Assembly (NCBI GenBank): GCA_047495785.1
Contig: JBLDXI010000024.1
Span: 2,914,001-2,978,000 of the forward strand
Source: Lepidodermella squamata
Lineage: Eukaryota; Animalia; Gastrotricha
Reading direction: 5' to 3'
DNA length: 64,000 nucleotides
Below are positions 1 through 13,649 of this stretch, piece after piece. The position numbers and the translations under genes are program-made. The notes under the pieces are model-generated. The model did not search any database and had not been told where the DNA came from. It was given only the letters and a program-made list of their open reading frames with translations. Each line of letters begins with the position of its first letter. The first letter of the stretch is position 1.

Positions 1-1307
1 GTGAGTTTAAAAAAATGTTTTTTTTCACGAATTAAAAAAAAGCTTCAGTTACTATATTTTTTGCTTCGAAAAAATGTGGGACAGCAAAAAATGAAATATC
101 GAAGCACATGAATAGAGCTTTTAGAACGGGTAAATTGCAATCGGCTGAACAATCAAAACAAAATCATGAAATCAGAAGGGATATCATCTTGTCAAAAAAT
201 GAAAAAAATCAGTTTGATTTTTCGAGAAAATGTTTCGAAATTATGGAATATCGATACGATCTGGGTTTAAATGTGACAGTTTTTCCAGGCCAATAAATTG
301 GGTGTTGTTCAACAATGGGAGCACGCTATAGATATCGCCTCACTGTAGCGTGGGGCAAGTTTGAAAAAACCGTGTTCAATTTTTTCCGCAAGACCCTGTT
401 TTCATTTTCCCTATACGAAAGATATACCAATATGTGCGCACGAGAATTCGGATTTATTACTATTATTTTCGTAATTGTACTTATTTAGGTATAAGCTATG
501 AGAGAAGTCGTCAAACTCAAAACTCCAGGGGCAAAGCTCAACAATTTCAGGGAAAAGTTCAACAACCCCCTATGTAGTATTATTTGTTACATGAACTAAT
601 ATTTGTCCCACTTTTTCTTTGCGCTTTCGCTGGTCCTACCAAAATTGTATCGCATTCAGTTAGGTATTCTTTTTTATTCGAAACAGGCCTAGCGATTTTT
701 GTTGTTGAAATAAATGTCTTTGACCTTTGAATAAACAAAATAAATTTGGTGCAGCTGGGTAAAATACCGAAAATTACCGAACCAGTTACCATCGTGACTT
801 TTCGGGTTTCCTCGGCTGCCTGGGTTACACTCCAGTTTTTTTTAAATTTTTTTTCGGAAAAATCGTGGATAAATTATAGAAGATTCTCCCGCTAGTTTCT
901 AGAAACGAAAAAAGATGAATTTCCTACAAACAAGGTTGTGAAATTAAAGAATGGTTGCGCAAATTATGGGACACGCTACCGCTACTATTCTATTAAAATT
1001 TCATCAACACGTAATTTTTTTGCAATTTATGGCCAATAAATCCCAACCAATGTCCGTTTAGCTGGAAAAATTCAATGGTGCTTCGTTTTCACGTGATTTT
1101 CTCCGTTTATTTCCCGAATTATTATACAAAAAATCAGTATTTTTTCTCATAAATTATTCCATATTATTTTTCTATTAAACTTGACAAAAACGGACAAAAA
1201 ACAGCAACAATTTCGGACATGAACTTCTTTCTATATCGCTCTCACTTCGTATTATAACAACTATAGACAATAAATAGCAGCATATTTACACTATGTATCT
1301 TCTATCA

Positions 1308-3832
1308 TCAGCAGCTAATCACAATTTTCGAAATGATCGACACCAACGAGGCAGTTAGAATCGAGAAAGTTTGCACATTTCCGCTGTTAGCCGGCTTCTT
1401 CTGTTCTGTCGCTTCTTTCCGCACGGCTGTGGTTTGCGCCGGCGTGGTTGTTGGCGTGGTTGTTGGCGCTGGTGTTGTCGGTGGTGGGGTGAAGGGCGCA
1501 CATTCCAGCTCGCATTCAGATTTTGTTTCGAACATATTGTCTAGTTCACCGCAATTGCCGTATTTGAACGATTCGCACAGCCCAGAGTCGTAGTTGAATT
1601 GGATTTTTTCAACGTAATCGTCGCACTAGAAAAATTGAAAAATTTGAAAAAATCAGAGGATATAACAACTAGTAATTCGCATCTAGAATTATTCACGTCC
1701 TACTTTTGTGACCCCTAATCGATGATGGTTAAACCTTAAAAAAAACGTTCTCCATCAAGTAAACAAGCGAAACGGGCAAGAGTCACAAACACGCGTCACA
1801 AATAGTCGGTAATTAATCAAGAAACATCAGAGCGGTTAATAAACTCGAAAAGAGACAAGAAAAAAATTCACAATTGGATAATTACGCCGTTCATCGAGGG
1901 AAGAATAATAATAAAAGTGAGGATGAAATAGTAAATCGTCCTAACTTCAAAAAATTCGATCCCAGCTGACTTAGAAGGTATGGTAAGGAGCGAGTTTTAT
2001 GGCAACAAATTTTTCTCACTCAGAGCGTGGTTTAGGGGTTGAAAATTCGGGTAATTTGATTGAAATAATCTGTTAAAATCGGGTGAAAATGTTGGATCAA
2101 CCCGTAAATTTTTGAAAATTCCGAATTCTCCTCAATTTGAGAAAATATTTATACAAAATATTGCTAAACTTGGAGGGGGTGAACCGGGTCCAAAAAGTCG
2201 GACCCAAACCCGACTCGGGCCCGACCCAACCCAAGCGGGTCGACCCACGGGTCCGGGTCTCGATTAGCATGAAACTATTCCAGCCCGTGTTTTCCCAAGT
2301 ACGGGAACGAGAGCTAAAGTGAAGAAATGAGGGAAGACAAATGAAAAGAAGTAATAATCCCGCGGGTCCGAGAAGCAAGACCCAACCCGGTGGGACCCGG
2401 GGCCAACTCTGGGGTGAATTAGATTTATGAAACGACGATGAGATCGAAAATTAAGGATCCAAATTATTCTGCTTCGCAAAATCGTAAACAAATGCACGTC
2501 AAATTTCTTAAATCTTGAATTTCAAAATTTTTTGCGATTTCAATATTTTGTTTTCATTTTTTAATAAAGATGTACAATATACAATCTACAATCCGGCGAT
2601 ACCTGGGACCCTCAAGTACCTATGTAGAGAATTTTTCGAAGTTGGATTCCTTGACTCCTGATATCGGAAAATTCGCCAATTTTTCAAAGTGATAATCGAT
2701 ATCGATACCAGAAATCGATGTCATCAAGTGACTGCGAAAAGCCGGTGTAATAGGAAGATATACCGGCTAGGCGCTAAAATATAACGATTTAGAGCGGAGC
2801 TATAAAAAACAAAAATAGCCATATTTTGCGTGATTTTGCGGGCATTTTTAAAGATTTTATCGCAGCCTCAAATTTAGTAAATTTAGCAAAGGGACCTTAA
2901 ACACCTCTACGAGAGTAGATATAACTAAACCTCCGACAGCAACGTAATTTTCCCACGGTAAAAGCTTACATTCATGCCTCCCATTTTGATGTAAACGTCG
3001 TAGGTCTGAGCCAGGCATTTCGGCGGCGAAGCGTGGCTCGGAGTTGGCGCCGAATGGTGATGATGGCCAGCGTGGGCTGTTGCCAACGCTTTGCACTCCT
3101 TTTCACAATCCTCCTTAGTCTCGAACCGATTTATTACCTCGGGACAGCCGCCGTAGGAAAATTTCTCGCACCGGTAAATTTGGTAATTAAATTGCCACAT
3201 CGGAATATCGGCCATACACTAGAACATAAAAAATAAAATTGAATTAAAATAAAAAAATGGAAAATTATAATTTTAGTAATTTCAAAAATTAATAATTAAA
3301 TTAATAAAATTGATTAATTAATAATATTAATTAATAAATATAGGAATAAATTATTTCCAGAAAAAAATCGATTTGAGATTATTTCGAAGTTTTTAAAACA
3401 GACCTTAGGCCCATCGATAGTTTTGTACATTTGTCCGACGCATTTCGAAGAGATTGATTGGTTGTAAAGACTCGCCGGTAGCGCCGCAATACCAGGCGGC
3501 GGCAATAACGGCGCCGCTTCAGTGTGGAAACTCGTCTTACAACTGAACACACACGCCTCTTGATGGGCTAATTCGTTCGAATAACTACTCGAACAGTAAG
3601 AAAAGCACGCGTGGTAGGCCGCGTTCGACGTCGACCCGCCAGAATTATTCGCATGCGTCCATTGCGCAAATCGGCAACCGTGACGGCACGCGGCGTAAGT
3701 GGTATCGGCTGAAAATTGCGGATATTGGCGCCCGCAATCGTCCAAACACTGCACGATGGGCGTGACGGATTGTTGCGCAACTGCTAATTGCAGGCATATC
3801 GCAGCGGCTAAAACAGCGTGACGTATTGACAT
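1308..3832 (-). CDS. Secreted/GPI-anchored protein: signal peptide + TMEM59/BSMAP-like Cys-rich domain + two Kunitz (BPTI) domains + Thr/Pro-rich stalk
   Basis: Three phase-0 exons, 3832-3404, 3218-2970 and 1625-1308, with GT/AG sites. Splicing completes two Kunitz domains (C..GPK|CMADIPMWQFN..CEKFSYGGC..NRFETKEDCEKEC; C..|CDDYVEKIQFNYDSGLCESFKYGNC..NMFETKSECELEC). Hydrophobic N-terminus. C-terminal NSG followed by a hydrophobic tail. Confidence 0.85.
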
Positions 3833-5157
3833 TTCGAATTATAATATTAAAATTCGGCAAATAACAGGGTGATTTAGGGATGAAAAATTGCGTCAAGTAG
3901 CGGCGGAATGGCCCTTGAATGCGTCACTCTACACCTGCTCGATGCTATTGCGTTACTTATCGCGTGAAAAACCCGGCCCGGGTTGCGTAGCCGAGATAAG
4001 CCGGCTGTATAATAATACTATACGGTGTTATGTTGTGTTCTTGAGTAAACACGCGCGGGCGTTGGACGAGCTAATTTATCGGCGAATGTAGCGCATTCCT
4101 ACAGGGCAAATGATGTTGTGTAGTAATCACACAGCGGCGTCTAATCTGTATTCGAGATAGGTATTATAAGTATTTGCGGCTATTTAACGCCCGGTTTTGT
4201 TATGTGAGTCGATTTCACGGCGAGTGAGTAATAAAATTACACTACCAACATGGTATTTCCAAGTCATCATCACAACATCCGCCCTCTCATGGCGTAAAAA
4301 ACCGGGTCCATGTATAACCCATTCTTAGCACTTTAACTTATCAGCTGCAAAAAGGGCTGTGAAGAGGGTTTGATAAAAACTGAAACAAAAGATAGGCTAC
4401 TTCTTGCCGTGTAGCTAGTCTTGTAATTTCAGAAATTTCTGTCCCATTTCAACATTTTCATAAACGATGAGCAACACAGATCAATCAAACGAATGGAAAC
4501 AGATAACTTCTTCTGGCGAATTCGATTCGCATCGATCAAATCTACAGGGTGTTGCATATATTATGTTTGCCAGCGACCCAACGCGATAACTTTGCATGCT
4601 ATGGTTAAAAGCCTTAAGCTCATTCGATATTAGTAATTAATTCACAATCTGTCTGAGAGAAAAAACATGGCACTCTGATTCATCCCGCTAAACGATTTTG
4701 CATTTTAGTGAATTTCACCTCAAAAATGAGACTCAATTTTTACGACACGGAAAGCTTTCTAAAAGCCTTCGAAGACGGAAAAGATGGATTGCGATGGCCC
4801 TATGGGCTTATCGCTACAGAAAGTCATAAAAAATGAGAATTTTAACGCTGGAATTTAACTTGAAATTTGGGAAGTTGATCGAAAATTCCGATGTTTCCCG
4901 TTACTACCAAATTGAGGAATTTGTCTTTTTTATCGAGATGAATGAGTCTGTCTTATGGGATTCAACTTCCCTTGATACCTTTAAGCTACCTGGAAGACCA
5001 AAAATGAGAAACATTACTCAAATTCGTCGAAATTCGTAGTCCGAGTTTTTATTCGTAGAAGGGATTCGCAAAATTTACAAAATCTCCCATTCTCCGATGG
5101 AGCTAGTTGCTTGTTTCTGAATAAAATATGATAAAAAAATGTTGAAACGTCTTTCAG

Positions 5158-7200
5158 GCCCTAACGTGTGCTGTATGCCTTGGCTATTACGTGAATCCTA
5201 AAAATATGCCAAGCTGCAGTCACACGTTTTGCGAGGCGTGTCTGCTCCAATTAGCAGCAACGGGGTCATCTTCGGCAATCGGCAACAGCACGTGCACCAT
5301 AAATTGCCCTGTTTGTCGCCAACCATGCCTGACAAGTCAGACGCACATCAGGGCTATGCCAAGGAATAGTGTCGCGGCGCAACTGGCAGAATTGGCTCGG
5401 AAACAAGAGCAGGAAGCGGCTTTCTTCGACTTCGCTAAGTGGCAGAGTGATTTCGAATGTGCCCATATTAGCTTTGCCGAGGATCATCGGAGGGTCTGCA
5501 AGCATTGCACGAAGTCGTTTTGCAGTTCTTGCCTCATAGTTCACATGGAACAGTTGAGACAGCGATTGCTCATAATTCGCCGAAGGTGGATTGAAGAACC
5601 AGAAATGCTTCAAAAACTGCAAACTTCTTACATCAATTTAGCGCAAGATTTTGAGCTGCAGTTAAACGATGTTAAACGAGCAGCAATTACTGCAAGAAAG
5701 CAGCAATTGATTGAGGACTTTGTTAAAGACATCGAAATCAAGTCGAACGAATTGATTTCACAGGCTGTCGAACTGAAATATCAAGAACTTGGACCAATTC
5801 GCCAAGCTCTAGAACTGCTGAAACCACAATCTGGCGATACAGCACTATTGATAGATCGACTCACTGCGATTGCTAGAACATCTGTGCTGAGATGCAACTG
5901 CGATGAAATCGCCGAAGTTTTAGATAAGCAGGTTAGTTGATTGAATTTGGCTACCACCTGCTGAATTTCACTTTATTCGGTATGATTTTAATGAAGATTG
6001 CGATAAAAAGTGAGAGTCGCAAGCGTAAAATAGTCTTTGATCCTAGTCCGAACAGCGGCTCTGTTGTTCTCGGCGAAATTAGCATATCCCAGATCATTGA
6101 GAAAAGCCAACCGTTAGCCTCTGCTGTGCCGGTAATGCCGATGACATGTCGTTGTATATCTCGCCACTGCAAAGAAACTGGTTCAGTAGGGGTATCGCTA
6201 CGGGGCACAAATTCGTTATCATACATCCCTCAATGGAAGATTTTGTTGACTTCTCCAACGCTTCAGGTAAGACATTTTGAACTTGATCATCATAGGTGGC
6301 TGTGAGCCTTAGACGATATACCAATCGACTGATATCAGATCATTTCAGCAGATCAATCAAGGAAAATTGAGCCATTGCATGGACCGCATGATATAAATAT
6401 CAAAGGTTACTACGATCAGGTCGTTTCAGGCGGAAACCGAATATTTTGGGTCGAGCATTGCTTTAAAAATGAAACAACTATGAAAAGCATTATGTCGGTC
6501 AGCATCTCATCTGAAGTGCGTTGCGGAAAGCAAGTTTTTGCGGCAGTCAATCCAATCTTAGTTTTCGGTCCTGTGAAAGATAAAGTGAAAGGGTTGGCTG
6601 TTTCCATCACTCGCAATGAATTGTACACTATCTGCAGTAATGAGTTTATTACTATTTCAACTATTGACTTCTCAGTTTTATCGAAAACCAATTTATCGAG
6701 GAAAGCTACCGTATTTGGTGTTTCTGATTATTTGGGAGTTTTTTGCTGTTTGAAATCTGAAGATGACTACAGACAATTTCTGGGATTGATCAGAAGGGGA
6801 TCAAGCGACGTAGTCAGCATAACGTGTACAACATCCCTCCGGGTAGAGCAACCAATCGAATTGAATGGCTATCCACCTTTTTTTGTTGAAGATGTACTGC
6901 AAGATAGAATTTTCATTGCTGAGCAAAGAGGCATGACAAGAATACGGGTAAGATTATTAGTTGAAATTTGACTCTTCATTATGATATTTATTTACCTATT
7001 AGGTTTTGTCTAATTGGAATGAGGACAAATTGAGGTTTGAAAAATGCGAAACGATAGTCACTAATCAGTATTTTCCTGTGGCAATGGCGAATTTAGCTAT
7101 AAATCACGGTCAAGCTGAATTAACAGAGACCGTGCTAGCAATCCTCGATCAACATGGAAGTACTGTCAAATTTCTGTCTATTGGCAAACTTAGTGATTGA
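5158..7200 (+). CDS. TRIM-like RING/B-box/coiled-coil protein with C-terminal beta-propeller-like domain (copy R1, divergent class A); first exon not located
   Basis: Exons 5158-5931, 5997-6266, 6339-6947, 7003-7200. RING CAVC..CSHTFCEAC..CPVC, B-box-like CAH..CKHC..FCSSC..H. Intron positions match R2 and R6. Confidence 0.8.
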
Positions 7201-7418
7201 AAGCTCACACAAAACGTGATGGCAGTTGACGTCATTGAGCCAATACGTCAACGCAATGAAATGAACCGGCTAAAAGCTAACGGAATGTTTTGTATGCCAA
7301 TAATGCCAAATTAGAATAAGGCCTATAATTTGTCGCCTCGCTGTTTTCTAACCAACGTAACCATGAAGAATGTTTTGGTTTCCACCGGTGTGCGATCATC
7401 TTTCTCGAAATCGAAATA

Positions 7419-7940
7419 TAACTTTGCATCCCGCACGTCCCACATCAGTGCAGCATCGTCCCGCATCAGTATCCCGCAGCCATCCCGCAGCTATCCTGCA
7501 CATCATCCCGCAGCAATCATCCCGCACTTGTTACATATGGCTGTTGCCAGATGAATTCAAATTTGCTACTGGATGTTTGCCAGTAATGGAATGTATGCGT
7601 TCTGCCGCCATTTTTGACCAGAAATTTGACTGACTTTGCTCGCATTTTCAGCGCGAACCAAGTATCGCCGGCCCATAAATCTTATATCGGCGGATAGCCC
7701 TCGAAATTCTGTACAAACTAGCCGCGGCCGCTAACCAAATTCGCCGCTGATCGTGTCGAAATCGGCTTCAGAAATCGCGATTTTGGTCTTGGCCGCACGC
7801 CAATTTGACTGACTTAATTTCACGTAATTCCAGCGCGGGATCCCGCACCCTGAGTTGCGGGATGTGCGGGATGAGGTGCGGGATTAAGTGAACTTGAGGC
7901 ATCCCGCACCGTCCCGCAGTTGATGCGGGATGCAGAGTTA
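7419..7940. mobile_element. MITE-like element with subterminal ATCCCGCA repeats
   Basis: Inverted termini TAACT(T/C)TGCATCCCGCA ... TGCGGGATGCAGAGTTA. Clustered CATCCCGCA repeats on the left and GCGGGAT repeats on the right. Confidence 0.6.
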
Positions 7941-8090
7941 ATTCGAGCTAAAAATTGATGCCGAAAATTGTGAAATTTTGTTGACCCTACTGTGAGTAAT
8001 AAAAATTCCATTGAACATTGAAACATGGTATTTTCAAGCTCATAGCATCCGCCCTATTATCGTGTAAAAACCCACTCAATGGGGATAAAA

Positions 8091-8133
8091 ATGTCTACCA
8101 TGACCTTATCGCTGAAGGAAGTTACCGGATAAG
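8091..8133 (+). promoter_or_regulatory. Conserved class A upstream element: inverted GATA pair CTTATC-N17-GATAAG
   Basis: The same motif and 17-nt spacing occur at 8105-8133, 14283-14311 and 25859-25887, about 80-85 nt before each class A ATG. Confidence 0.55.
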
Positions 8134-8217
8134 GGCACGAGCATCAGTAAAAAGGCGATACAATAAACTCTATCCCAAAAATAAAAATAATATCTGATAC
8201 ATTTTGAACCACATCGA

Positions 8218-10488
8218 ATGGCTAAATCGGAATACAGCGACGATTTGAAAGCGGCAAGTCTTGCTTGCACAACTTGTTGAGAATTATGAATCCTACTTTT
8301 CATTTTTCAGGCTTTGACATGCGCAATTTGTTTGGGTTCCTATAAAAATCCGAGGATCATGCAGAACTGCTCTCACACTTTTTGCGAGGGTTGTATCATC
8401 GAACTGGTCCCAAAAGTCACCCCTGCTCCGCATAACCACGAAATTCTGTGCCCAATATGCCGCTTACCGAGTGTAGTTTGGGGCGAGAGCATCGCCACCT
8501 GGAAGAAAAACCATGTTGTTGCGGAAATCGCTGAGTGGTACCGCCAACAGGAATCGTTTTTGGCCAAAGAAGCTAGTACTGGAATAACATCTACTGATCC
8601 CCTGATGACCTTCAAATGCGAACATTTAATTGCAGTAAATCAGCGAATGACCTGTCCGCATTGCAAGCGATCTTTCTGTCATTCCTGCTTATTCGTTCAC
8701 ATGGAAAAAATGAAACAGAGGATGAAAAAAATTCGCGAAAAATGGGCGGAAAAGTTTTCGACTTCCGCATCTCTGGATGCCTTGAACGAAAATCTTGACA
8801 GTTTAGCTAAATCGTTCGATGATCAAATTGCCTCGGCTGCGATCGCGATAAATGAAGCGACAAAAGAAATTCTGCAAAATGTTGAAAAGGTCCTCCAGGT
8901 GAAAGCTGACAGTCTTGTGGCTAAATCCTTGGAAATTAAAGAAAGGAAGCTTGACCCGTTGCGTAGAGCTATCGAGCTGGCGTCGAGGCAAAGTAGCAAG
9001 TCCGATGATACCAACAGCCTAATCGATACCGTTATGGCTAACTCAGTTCTCGAGCACAGTTGCGAAGGGATTGCTGAGCTTCTGATCAAAGTTGAACAAG
9101 CTGATGAACAGGTTTGATAGGTCTGTAAACTGCCGTAGACGCTGTAAAAAAGGTATTTCAGCTTGAGAGAACGGGCTCCACTTCAATTGCTGAAATATTT
9201 TTCGCTCCAGCAGTGGATTCGATTAAGGGTTGTATGCACGTTTTAACAGAAAATTTGTCGCTTGGGGACATTGGCGTGACAGACAAAGAACCACAGCCGT
9301 TGCTCGATAATGCTAAGGAGCGGGAAACCCGTCATATGGCAGATGGGCTAATTGAGAATCCAAGTTGCGCAAAGCCTTATAACTTGATCAAGTCAGTTGA
9401 ACTCCCGTCGAATATTACCACCGTTACAGCCATGACGTACTTGGCGCCACTCAAAGCTCTACTTATTGCGACGGACTGCGGATATCAGGTGAATTTATGA
9501 GTGTTTATTTATTAATTGGTTTAGTTGGGAAAGCTTGAGGACGGCCGATATCTTCAATCTCTAAGGCTCAAAATGATTACTCTTTATTATCTCACTGCGT
9601 AATCACGCTCGAAATCAGGCATTCAATCGAATTCTTATCTTCATTCCAGGTGGTTTCACTTGAGTCTGGTGCTGGAACATCCGTGAAACCATTATTAGAT
9701 TTGACTTATCCTAGTCCTCGGTGTATGACTTCTCTCGACTGCCGAGTTTTCATTGTCATTGAAAGACTTGAGCACAACATGCTCCTGTTCGCATTCGATA
9801 TTGTACGATCGACTCGCAAAGGCAAGCAGTCATTCAGAATCAAAGATTTGTTCCAGATCATGAGAGCAATTGAGTTTGAGCGTTTAGCTGTTTCACCTAG
9901 GCGGAAGGAAATTTATACGATCGCGGGATTCCAACTATTCGCCATTTCAACCGCCAACTATGCTATGACGCAGCCACCTATATTGCAGGTACCCTATGAA
10001 GAACACAATGAGGTCGTTGGTGTAAGTCAATGGCTTGGAATCCTAATAAGGAAGCTATCTGTTCAAAAGAAACCTCATCTTGTTGCAAACCGTTGGCATT
10101 CAACTGAGCTACAACGTGTTAATGTCGTCTCAAGCCATGTGGAAAGTCTCCTAGAAGTTAGCGAAGACTTACTTCCATGCCTTATCGAAGATTCGAGCAG
10201 TAACAAACTATACTTCGCGCAAGGCGGAGCCAGTATTGAAGTTAAGGTTGACTTGTTGAATTTTCCTGTATTTTGCCTGAATTGTCCTTTGTCCTTTAGG
10301 TTTACTCTGTTAGGTCAGACGAAGGCCTTCCGACTGTTGAGCTGTTCCAAGAAATCACACTGAGTGAATTTGCAGCTTCAGTTATGACGGGTTGGCAAGG
10401 TGGTTTCTCGAACAACAACACTGAAATCAACATCGCAATTTTCGAGCCAAGCACGCGCAGCATCAAGCTTATTTCATTGATTGATTAA
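8218..10488 (+). CDS. TRIM-like RING/B-box/coiled-coil + beta-propeller-like protein (R2, class A)
   Basis: Exons 8218-8253 (MAKSEYSDDLKA, GC donor), 8311-9111, 9162-9488, 9650-10246, 10300-10488. All join in frame and the structure is conserved with R6. Confidence 0.85.
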
Positions 10489-10559
10489 ATAGTGCCATGC
10501 ATCTACTGATATTTTGAGAAAGCATCATTTTGAGTTTGAAATACTGCATCTAGCGGCTG

Positions 10560-10665
10560 AATCTTCAGGAAACTGTTTGCTCGCATTGCAGGATCGTTAT
10601 GCAAATCTTTCTTGTTCGTCCACATGAAGTTCATGAAGTATTCAAGCTATTCGCCAAAAATTTGG
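10560..10665 (+). pseudogene. Remnant of the B-box region of a lost TRIM-like copy
   Basis: Degenerate GTTTGCTCGCATTGCAGG...CAAATCTTTCTTGTTCGTCCACATG...ATTCAAGCTATTCGC, similar to 17015-17100 and 17415-17470. Confidence 0.5.
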
Positions 10666-11102
10666 CGATACTGTTCACAACCCGCGTAGGCTTTTTCATG
10701 AAGCTGAAGGCTGCTGGAGAAAAAATATTTGACAGCAGTTCGAGGGGTTTTCGAAGGCCCTGGTCACGTTTTTAAAATCCGGTTGTCTTTATCTATCAAC
10801 GTTAAGGCTGTACAAAAACTGGCCGAAAGCGTCCTATCCGCCCAGCTGATTTCAGGATTCTAATTTTTGTGTCAGGTGCCTTCAGCTTTGGAATTTTAGA
10901 TTATAAATTACTCCCACGAATGTCCCTAGTACTCTCCTTCACTTAAATGACCGAAAACATTCAGTTTTAGAGGCTCAGCATTCAGATCAGAATTCAGCTT
11001 TCCTATTTCTTCCTCGCGACAGATTTGCAGCACAAAAATCACGCACTCCGCCTGTATACGTCTGGGCGGATAGGAAGAATTCGGCCAGTTTGATTGAATT
11101 GC

Positions 11103-11800
11103 AAAGGCCTATCAAAGGGCTAACCTGCTTCTGAGAGCTCTTAAAGGTCAATCTCCTGATACCCTCAAATGGGCTTATTGTACTTACGTGCGCCCCATTC
11201 TCGAGTACTGCACGAGTGTCTGGTCACCAAACTTCAAAACTCTGATTGATGCTCTTGAAAAGGTCCAAGCTTACTTTACCCGCCGTGCTTTTGGGTTCTC
11301 CACCTATGATTTAAACAGGCCGAGCTACAAACAGCGTCTAGAAACTCTTCGCATTAAATCGCTCGAGGAGCGTCGCCTAGCCTATGACTTATGTTACCTT
11401 TATAAAATCATTAATGGCTCGGCGAAAACCTCTATAGTGAAAATATTGTAATCTTAAATAACAATAATCGCGGTCATAAATATCGTTTCCGTGTTATGAA
11501 TCCGAATCTAAATTTCAAAAATCCCACTAAGCCCATATACAAAAATTATTTTCTAAACCGTATTGTAAATGTGTGGAACAGGTTACCAGAACATGTATTC
11601 AATTTTGATGATAGTCTGCCCGTAAATGTTAAAAATAATATTTTTCGCGTGAACTTAAAACAGTATTGTAAAGGTAATCTTATTGTGAATTCTGCTCGCA
11701 ATGCCGATTATTAATTGGGTTAGTGTTAGAGGCCTGCGTGCCCTTCTAATCCGGTAAATGTGAAATTTACGAAATAAAATTATTATTATTATTATTATTA
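11103..11800 (+). mobile_element. 5'-truncated non-LTR retrotransposon (CR1/L2-type LINE, C-terminal end of ORF2)
   Basis: YVRPILEYCTSVWSP..LEKVQAYFTRR..LEERRLAYDL..RGH..FLNRIVNVWNRLP, with the frame broken near 11450. Ends in AATAAA plus an (ATT)n tail. Confidence 0.85.
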
Positions 11801-12320
11801 TAATTACAATAGCGTCGTCATTTTTAATTTCCAACTCGACAAAATTGACACAGAGGTCAATGAGACTATGGTGGACACGGTGGTATTTTCTTTGGATTAA
11901 AACTTAATCCGAAACCTGAAATTTCAAGTTGAAATTTCAAGTTGAAAAAATCGAAATTTTAATCTCAGGTAGACTATTTTAAAATAGCTACCATATCCTG
12001 ACCATGCAAGATAACGGTGTCCTGGTCTCAAAACCTTGTAGCCACCATCGAAAAGCATTTCATCACTGGTTTGAAGGTAGCCTGATGCCACCTGGAAATA
12101 AGTGCGCATTCAATCTCTCTCACTCTTGCTTGCATTCGAAACTCGAAGTAGAAGAGTCCAGACTACACTGAGACGAAAACTGAGACTTTGAAGCGTTTGA
12201 AACACAACAGAGAGTAATTTAAATTCTGGTGTAAAATCCATTGCTGATTTATATTCCATATTCTTATCACCCCTTCTCCACCACAGAACGCATGAAAGTG
12301 CACGAAAAGCGGCGAGGTAA

Positions 12321-12356
12321 GATAAGCTTGGATTGTGAAAGTGTATATTTAGAATC
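12321..12356 (+). promoter_or_regulatory. Conserved class B promoter: GATAAG followed by TATA-like GTGTATATTTAGAATC
   Basis: Repeated upstream of B copies at about 12321, 17642 (mutated to GACAAG), 29696 and 31008. Confidence 0.5.
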
Positions 12357-12440
12357 TCAAGAGGAATCATCTTATATTTGCTGGTTTCAGACTTTAAAAG
12401 GGCACGAGGTTTTTCGCAGCCACTTACATTTCGGATTATC

Positions 12441-13561
12441 ATGGAAAGCTTACAACAGTCTGGCAAAGCCAAAGACGTAAGATCGTGATACTTTGTACGA
12501 TTGAATGCATGCTAATGAATTCTTTAAAAACCCCTTAGATTCTCACGTGTGCGATTTGCTTGGAGTTTTTTGTACAGCCAAAACTTTTTCCAGGCTGTTC
12601 ACACACGTTCTGCGAGGGTTGCCTGGTTGAATTGCTAGGAAGTGGCGATAGGATTACGTGTCCTAGCTGTCGCAGAACGCATACGATGAGCAGCGCCGGA
12701 ATTCAAGGGTGGAAGAACAATTTCATAGCCGCTGAAATGGCGGATTTGATGCGAAGCCGACATCCAGCTATGCCAGCCGAAGAAGGGAAATCATTGGGGG
12801 ATTTCAGCTGCTCGCATCTAGCCTTGGGCGGGAAATCAACGCAGTGCTTACATTGTAACCAATTGTTTTGCGAACCTTGCTGCATTGTACACAAGGAGCA
12901 TATGAAACTGCAGCTTCATAAGATCAGTGAACAATGGCCGGAAACCCTCTCCAGTCCGTCAACCTCTCCCGAGTTCCTGAAAACTCACAACCAGATCTCG
13001 AACTGGTATGATGACCAGATGAAGAAGATTGACGAATCTATCGTCGCTGCGAGTGAGCAAATAATGAAAAGAATCGCCGGAAGCCTTCGCAAGAAATCCG
13101 AGGCGTTATTGATTCGGGCAGCCGAACTGAAGCAGAATCAACTGCAACAACTTCATGCAGCCGCTGATGAAGCCTGCAAAAGCGCCGAAGAAGCTAACAG
13201 CAAAATACATTCTATTTTGAAGTCATCAGTCTTACAGCTTAGCTGCGATGAAATAGCTGTTGTGTTATGCCAGGCGGAATCGTTTGATTTCAAAGTGAGT
13301 CTCAGGCGCAATTTGATGTCATCATTTAATGTTTCTATTTTAAAGCTGGTAAACCCAGATTGCAGCCGTGGCCTGGTTTTCTCAGGCGACCAGACTCGTA
13401 TCGACGATGCGCTGAGGCGATTCAACAACATCCTTTCATTAGGAAGTATTTCAATAACTGACGACTCTTTTCAGCCGGAATGCCACAATGTTGAAGAAAA
13501 GTCGACTCCGCCGGGTCCATCTGAAACGACTCGCTACGTCCCGCCACACCTTCGTAAATAA
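12441..13561 (+). CDS. TRIM-like RING/B-box/coiled-coil protein with C-terminal YVPPHLRK (R3, class B)
   Basis: Exons 12441-12476 (MESLQQSGKAKD), 12539-13294, 13346-13561. RING CAIC..CSHTFCEGC..CPSC. B-box-like CSH..CLHC..FCEPC..H. Confidence 0.85.
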
Positions 13562-13649
13562 TAATAATCTAATGCTAACAGTCTTGAATTTCATTATAGC
13601 TGATTTGAGCTAGAGTAATGAATAATAAACGTGAAACGTGCACGATAGC

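Noticed and set aside
2175-2410. ACCCG/CGGGT-rich patch and its short ORFs
   Set aside because: Looks like subterminal repeats of a decayed DNA transposon in an intron. Ends could not be defined.
8091-8132. Conserved uORF (MSTMTLSLKEVTG*) upstream of class A genes
   Set aside because: Present in three copies, but recent duplication and the overlapping GATA pair explain it equally well. The TSS is unknown.
13535-13561. YVPPHLR as a fragment of a captured DDX3 gene
   Set aside because: No DEAD-box motifs or other DDX3 sequence anywhere nearby. The motif is integral to the TRIM last exon.
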